From: Candidatus Sulfobium sp.
Lineage (GTDB): Bacteria > Nitrospirota > Thermodesulfovibrionia > Thermodesulfovibrionales > UBA6898
Length of the DNA: 64,000 nt
Direction of reading: 5' to 3'
Assembly (NCBI GenBank): GCA_037380845.1
Contig: JARRRI010000035.1
Location: 1-64,000, forward strand
Shown here: in pieces, positions 58,960 through 64,000 of the stretch
How positions within the stretch are numbered: position 1 is the first letter of the stretch
Layout of the letters: every line of letters starts with the position of its first letter
Made by a program: the position numbers and the translations under genes
Notes under the pieces: generated by a model
What the model saw: the letters and a program-made list of their open reading frames with translations, nothing else
What the model was told of the DNA's origin: nothing
The model's database searches: none

Positions 58960-60333
58960 ATGAAAAAACCCTGGTCGGGCAGGTTTAAACAAAAAACATC
59001 CGGGTCGACCGAAAGGTTTACCGAATCCATTTCCTTTGATAAGAGGCTCTGGAAATATGATATCCGGGGAAGCATCGCCCATGCAAAGATGCTCGGGAAA
59101 CAGGGGATCATCCCGGCGGAGGACGCCGATAATATCGTGCGGGGCCTCAATGAAATCGCTTCTGAAATAGAAGCCGGCAAATTCAGGTTCAGCAGATCCC
59201 TCGAAGATATTCACATGAACATCGAGTCCGCCCTGACAAGAAAAATCGGTCCTGCGGGCAAGAAACTTCATACCGCCCGTTCCAGGAACGATCAGGTCGC
59301 CCTTGACCTGCGGCTTTACCTTAAAGAGGAAGCCGCCGAAATCATCCGTCTGATCAAAGAACTTCAGAAGACTCTTCTGCACATGGCCGAATCCCACACT
59401 AACACCCTGATGCCCGGCTATACGCACCTCCAGCGGGCCCAGCCCGTTGTCCTTTCTCATCACCTGATGTCTTACGCGGAGATGTTCCAGAGGGACAGAG
59501 AGCGCTTTGAGGACGCCCTCTCCCGGATCGATGTCATGCCTCTCGGCTCATGCGCTCTCTCAGGGACGACGCTCCCTACTGACAGGGCGTTCCTGGCGAG
59601 GGAGCTGGGGTTCAGAAAGATTTCCGGCAACAGCATGGATGCCGTATCCGACAGGGATTTTGCGATAGAGTTCACTTCATGCTCCGCGCTGGCAGCCATG
59701 CATCTGTCAAGGATGGCCGAAGAGCTTGTTCTCTGGTCTACCGAAGAATTCCGGATGATCGAAATATCGGACAGCTTTACCACGGGTTCGAGCATTATGC
59801 CGCAAAAGAAAAATCCCGATGTCGCAGAGCTGGTCAGGGGAAAGACCGGCAGGGTTTACGGCAACCTGGTAGCCCTTCTCACCCTGATGAAAGGACTCCC
59901 GCTCTCTTATAACCGTGATTTGCAGGAGGACAAACTGCCGGTCTTCGACACAGCGGACACTCTGAAGGCATGCCTCACTACGGTCAATGAAATGCTTCCC
60001 GAGACAAGGTTCAACTCCGAAAGAATGGCCGCCACAGCCGGCGAGGGATATTCCACGGCGACGGACATCGCCGAATATCTGGTGAAAAAAGGGGTCCCCT
60101 TCAGGGAGGCCCATGAGGTCACGGGCAGCATCGTCCGTTACTGCATCGACGGGGGGAAGGACCTCCTGTCTCTTGAGTTGGCGGAGCTTCGGTCCTTTTC
60201 TCCGCATATATCGAAGGACATTTATAGAGTGCTTGACCCACGCGAATCGGTTAAAGGACATTCTTCCTCCGGGGGAACCTCACCCTCCGAGGTGAAGAGG
60301 CAGATCAGACTTTTCCGGAAATTTCTCAAATAA
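58960..60333 (+). CDS. argH: Argininosuccinate lyase
   Basis: W.GRF, HTARSRNDQ, GSSIMPQKKNPD, YNRDLQEDK; GGAGG RBS. Confidence 0.97.
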   Translation: MKKPWSGRFKQKTSGSTERFTESISFDKRLWKYDIRGSIAHAKMLGKQGIIPAEDADNIVRGLNEIASEIEAGKFRFSRSLEDIHMNIESALTRKIGPAGKKLHTARSRNDQVALDLRLYLKEEAAEIIRLIKELQKTLLHMAESHTNTLMPGYTHLQRAQPVVLSHHLMSYAEMFQRDRERFEDALSRIDVMPLGSCALSGTTLPTDRAFLARELGFRKISGNSMDAVSDRDFAIEFTSCSALAAMHLSRMAEELVLWSTEEFRMIEISDSFTTGSSIMPQKKNPDVAELVRGKTGRVYGNLVALLTLMKGLPLSYNRDLQEDKLPVFDTADTLKACLTTVNEMLPETRFNSERMAATAGEGYSTATDIAEYLVKKGVPFREAHEVTGSIVRYCIDGGKDLLSLELAELRSFSPHISKDIYRVLDPRESVKGHSSSGGTSPSEVKRQIRLFRKFLK

Positions 60334-60335
60334 GA

Positions 60336-61313
60336 ATGGCGCGATATCCCGATTACTCCCAAAGACCGAGACGTACATTAGCATTGTCCTCCCCGCTGCT
60401 TCTCATAATCATACTATTGACCTCTTCCTGCGGCAAGAAGTCGGCACCCACACTGGCCGCCTACGAAAAACCTCCGGCCCCGGTCCTCCTCCGGGCGGTC
60501 CACAGAGAAGACAGGATTATGCTGTCCTGGAGTTTCCCCGGGGACAGGACCCGCCCGATCTCAGGTTTCACGGTGCTCAAGTCATCAGGCAGGGGCGTTA
60601 AGAAGATCACGGTGGGAAAGGAAAAACGCTCCCTCACGGACACCGGCTTCACCTGCGGCACGGCTTACACTTACAGGATCGTCGCCCGAAGCCTGACCGG
60701 CGTACTGAGTGATTATTCCAATGCGCTGATCTTCACCCCACTGGAACCTCCTCCACCACCAACCGGTCTTTCTTTTAAAATAAGGGACGATACCGTAATA
60801 CTTTCATGGGAGAGCGAGGGTAACAGCATACTGTATAACGTTTACAGAAGCTTTCAGAAGAACGCGTTCGGCGATCAGCCTTCCAACTCAACGCCTCTCT
60901 CAGAGGCTCATTTCAAGGATGTCTTCCATGCAGACAGGACGGTGTACTACACCGTAAGAAGCCTGAGGAACCGCACGACAGAGGATGAAGGCCGCCCTTC
61001 GCCGGAACTTTCGGTCGATCCCTTCGAGCTGGTACCGTCGGCGCCGCGCGATCCCGGATATTTCACTGCGCCCGGCAAGGTCTTTCTTTACTGGAAGGAG
61101 CCCTATGAACGGTGGATCACAGGCTACAGAGTGTACAGAAAAACAGAGGGCGGATCCTATATGCTGATCGGCGAAACGCAGGTCCCGACCTTCATTGACA
61201 GGAACGGAGCTTCAGGGGAAATAGACTACAGGGTGAACGCCGTCGGACCGGCCAGAGAGGGGCCGGGGGTGGAAGTAAAAGGGGTTTTTTTCATACGTAA
61301 TGATATAAAATAA
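60336..61313 (+). CDS. Fibronectin type III repeat lipoprotein
   Basis: Lipobox LTSSCGKK; three L.W...Y.VYR...D...Y.V repeats. Confidence 0.8.
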   Translation: MARYPDYSQRPRRTLALSSPLLLIIILLTSSCGKKSAPTLAAYEKPPAPVLLRAVHREDRIMLSWSFPGDRTRPISGFTVLKSSGRGVKKITVGKEKRSLTDTGFTCGTAYTYRIVARSLTGVLSDYSNALIFTPLEPPPPPTGLSFKIRDDTVILSWESEGNSILYNVYRSFQKNAFGDQPSNSTPLSEAHFKDVFHADRTVYYTVRSLRNRTTEDEGRPSPELSVDPFELVPSAPRDPGYFTAPGKVFLYWKEPYERWITGYRVYRKTEGGSYMLIGETQVPTFIDRNGASGEIDYRVNAVGPAREGPGVEVKGVFFIRNDIK

Positions 61314-61327
61314 ATCTAAGTCGGATT

Positions 61328-63823
61328 ATGGAAAATCCCCTTCGAGTACTGATCATAGAGGATTCCGAGGATGACGTTCTTCTGCTCTTGCGCGCCCTGA
61401 AGAGCGGAGGTTATGACGTCCACTATGAGCGTGTCGACACTGCGGACACAATGGAAGAGGCTCTTGCCCGCAGTAAATGGGGCATCGTCATCTCTGACTA
61501 CATTATGCCCCGGTTCAGCGGCATCGAGGCCCTCAAACTCTTTAAGAAAAAGGGCCTTGATATACCCTTTATAATCGTATCCGGAAAAATCGGCGAAGAT
61601 ATAGCTGTGGAGGCGATGAGGTCCGGCGCTCATGATTACATCATCAAGGGGCACCTTTCCAGGCTGGCCCCGGCCGTTGAACGTGAACTCCGCGAGATGG
61701 AAACCCGGCGGAGCCGCCGGCTGGCCGAACGGGCCCTCCGGGAAAGTGAAGTAAAGATGGCCGCCATCACGGCCGCCGCCACGGATGCCATTGTTATGAT
61801 AGACAGCGGCGGTATAATTTCGTATTGGAATCCCGCCGCCGTCAGGATATTCGGTTACACTGAAGAAGCCGCACTCGGACAGCCGCTGGTCGACCTCCTT
61901 GTACCGGCCCAATACCGCCAGTCTTTCAGTGCGGGCATGGCAAAATTCCTGCGCAATGGCAGGGGGCCGATAATCGGAAATACCATAGAATTGCGTTCCC
62001 TGAAAAAAGACGGCTCGGAATTCCCGGTCGAGGTGTCTCTCTCCTCTGTAAAAATGCAGAAGCAATGGCACGCCGTAGGGATCATCCGCGACATTACCGA
62101 TCGGAAGCGGCAGGAAGAGGAATTGTGGAGGCACCGCAATGACCTGGAAGGACTGGTTGAGGAGAGGACCGCAGAACTGATAAGGACCAACCAGAAGCTT
62201 GAGCGGGAGATCGCGGACCGGAAAATTGCTGAAAAGTCCCTGTGGACGGCTATAACCAAGGTGGAAGAGGAGAGGGCGAAATCCGAGGCCATCATAGCGG
62301 CCATGGGGGACGGCATCAGCATCCAGGACGGCAACTTTAAGATCCTTTATCAGAACCGGATCCACAAGGACCTGATGGGGGACCACGTGGGCGAATACTG
62401 TTACCGGGCTTACGCGGGGCTGGACGCAGTCTGTGCGGAATGTCACATGGAGGCCGCCTTCAGGGAAGGAACGGTTCTCACGGTGGAGAAGTTTGTCACA
62501 ACGGCCATGAGACCCGCCTACCTCGAGATCACAGTTTCACCTTTAAGAGAGGCCGGCGGCGGGATTGCGGCCGGGATCGAAATCGTCAGGGACATCACGG
62601 GCCGCAAGAAAATGGAGGAGGAACTGCGGGAGCACCGGGACCATCTCGATTTCCTGGTAAAGGAACGGACCGCCGAACTGCGAAAGGTAAACCGGGACCT
62701 GCGTGCCGAAATCATGAGGCGCATACAGATGGAGAAGGACCTGATTGAGAGTCAGCGTTTTGTTCGCCGTATCACCGATGCAACTCCCAATCTCCTCTAT
62801 CTTTACGACGTCATTGAAAACCAGATAGTCTACATTAACCCCCTGGTGAACGACCTCCTCGGTTACTCGCCCGATGAAGTCCGGAAAATGGGGAGCAGCT
62901 TTTACAAAACGGTGCTCCATCCCGAAGACTTCGAGGATTACCGGGCGTTCAGGGAACGCGTTTCCCTTGCCAGGGACGGCGACGTTACAGAGCATGAATA
63001 CAGGATGAGGACCAAACGGGAAGAATGGCGATGGTTTTACAGCAGGGATGTGGTATTCAAGAGGACGAACGACGGAATTCTGAAGCTTATTCTCGGAATA
63101 GCCGAGGACGTAACCGAGAAGAAGAAGGCGGCGGACGAGATTAAAAGGTCAAGGGAGCAGCTCCGCAAGCTGTTCGCTCATGCCCAGTCCGTGAGGGAGG
63201 AAGAGAGGACCAGGATATCCCGGGAGATACATGATGAACTGGGACAGGCGCTTACCGCCCTGAAAATGGACCTGTCCTGGATAATCAAAAGGCTGGACCG
63301 GTCCCAGGAGACGCTGCACAGAAAGGCGCGCGACATGTCGAAGCTCATCGATATGAATATACAGGCGGTAAAGAGAATTTCTTCCGAGCTTCGTCCCGGT
63401 CTTCTGGATGTGCTCGGCCTTACGGCGGCGCTGGAATGGCAGATAAAGGAATTCCATCAGAGGACCGGGATAAAGTGTAAACTCAGGGTCACGCCGCCGG
63501 AGATCTCCCCTGACAAGGAAATGTCAACCACCATATTCCGCATATTCCAGGAGACTCTTACGAATGTGGCGCGCCATGCCGGCGCCGGCAGGGTCACGGT
63601 CAGGCTGGAGAGAAAGGCGGGAGATCTGGTCCTGCAGGTAAAAGACGACGGGTGCGGGATCACGGACCGGCAGATCTCAAGTCCCACTTCCATCGGTTTG
63701 ATGGGCATGAAGGAGCGGGCCAACTTCCTGGGCGGCCGGATCGGGATAAAGGGCGAAAGAGACAAAGGCACGACGGTAACCGTAGTCTTCCCTTTTTCAG
63801 ACACTGAAGGTCTGACTCAGTGA
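61328..63823 (+). CDS. Receiver-PAS sensor histidine kinase (HisKA_3 type)
   Basis: N-terminal REC, three PAS, ER.RISREIHDELGQ, QE.LTNV..HA, DDG.G. Confidence 0.93.
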   Translation: MENPLRVLIIEDSEDDVLLLLRALKSGGYDVHYERVDTADTMEEALARSKWGIVISDYIMPRFSGIEALKLFKKKGLDIPFIIVSGKIGEDIAVEAMRSGAHDYIIKGHLSRLAPAVERELREMETRRSRRLAERALRESEVKMAAITAAATDAIVMIDSGGIISYWNPAAVRIFGYTEEAALGQPLVDLLVPAQYRQSFSAGMAKFLRNGRGPIIGNTIELRSLKKDGSEFPVEVSLSSVKMQKQWHAVGIIRDITDRKRQEEELWRHRNDLEGLVEERTAELIRTNQKLEREIADRKIAEKSLWTAITKVEEERAKSEAIIAAMGDGISIQDGNFKILYQNRIHKDLMGDHVGEYCYRAYAGLDAVCAECHMEAAFREGTVLTVEKFVTTAMRPAYLEITVSPLREAGGGIAAGIEIVRDITGRKKMEEELREHRDHLDFLVKERTAELRKVNRDLRAEIMRRIQMEKDLIESQRFVRRITDATPNLLYLYDVIENQIVYINPLVNDLLGYSPDEVRKMGSSFYKTVLHPEDFEDYRAFRERVSLARDGDVTEHEYRMRTKREEWRWFYSRDVVFKRTNDGILKLILGIAEDVTEKKKAADEIKRSREQLRKLFAHAQSVREEERTRISREIHDELGQALTALKMDLSWIIKRLDRSQETLHRKARDMSKLIDMNIQAVKRISSELRPGLLDVLGLTAALEWQIKEFHQRTGIKCKLRVTPPEISPDKEMSTTIFRIFQETLTNVARHAGAGRVTVRLERKAGDLVLQVKDDGCGITDRQISSPTSIGLMGMKERANFLGGRIGIKGERDKGTTVTVVFPFSDTEGLTQ

Positions 63824-63875
63824 TGACATTTTCAACCCCGGCGATGTAAGATAAAAAGCAGCTGGAGGCGTTTAA

Positions 63876-64000
63876 ATGACGAGGATTCTGATCGCTGACG
63901 ACCATACCATAGTACGTGAGGGTCTCAAACAGATTCTGGCCGAGACCAGTGATATGGTAGTGGCCGGCGAGGCCACCAACGGACAGGAAGTCATCGATGA
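63876..64000 (+). CDS. NarL/LuxR-type response regulator (partial, runs off window)
   Basis: GGAGG RBS; MTRILIADDHTIVREGLKQIL. Confidence 0.85.
   Translation, partial: MTRILIADDHTIVREGLKQILAETSDMVVAGEATNGQEVID

Overview
Bacterial chromosomal window, about 55-60% GC in core genes. Gene content resembles Nitrospirota/Thermodesulfovibrionia or Desulfobacterota (inference only). Layout: (1) 0.2-4.4 kb, two tandem paralogous modules encoding IPTL-CTERM-type surface proteins with conserved flanks. (2) 4.4-19 kb, B12 radical SAM, a GAF sigma54 activator with OsmC/DsrE genes, a short-chain acyl-CoA beta-oxidation set and mdh/citrate synthase/aconitase. (3) 19.8-33 kb, a complete integron: intact N-terminally extended intI, attI and about 13 AT-rich cassettes whose attC ends chain correctly. 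It includes a nuclease-RAMA candidate defence cassette and a phage-like three-ORF cassette. A Y1/HUH transposase element with GGGGTCAG inverted ends appears to split an attC, and a 41-bp mini-element with the same ends sits beside another half attC. (4) 33-64 kb, housekeeping genes (hrpB, L,D-transpeptidase, putA, M16 peptidase, RND efflux, MoxR triad, argH, two-component system). CGTC-type REP palindromes, some with nested inserts, occupy many intergenic regions. No rRNA, tRNA or CRISPR was seen. All domain calls come from motif recognition by eye, not database searches.
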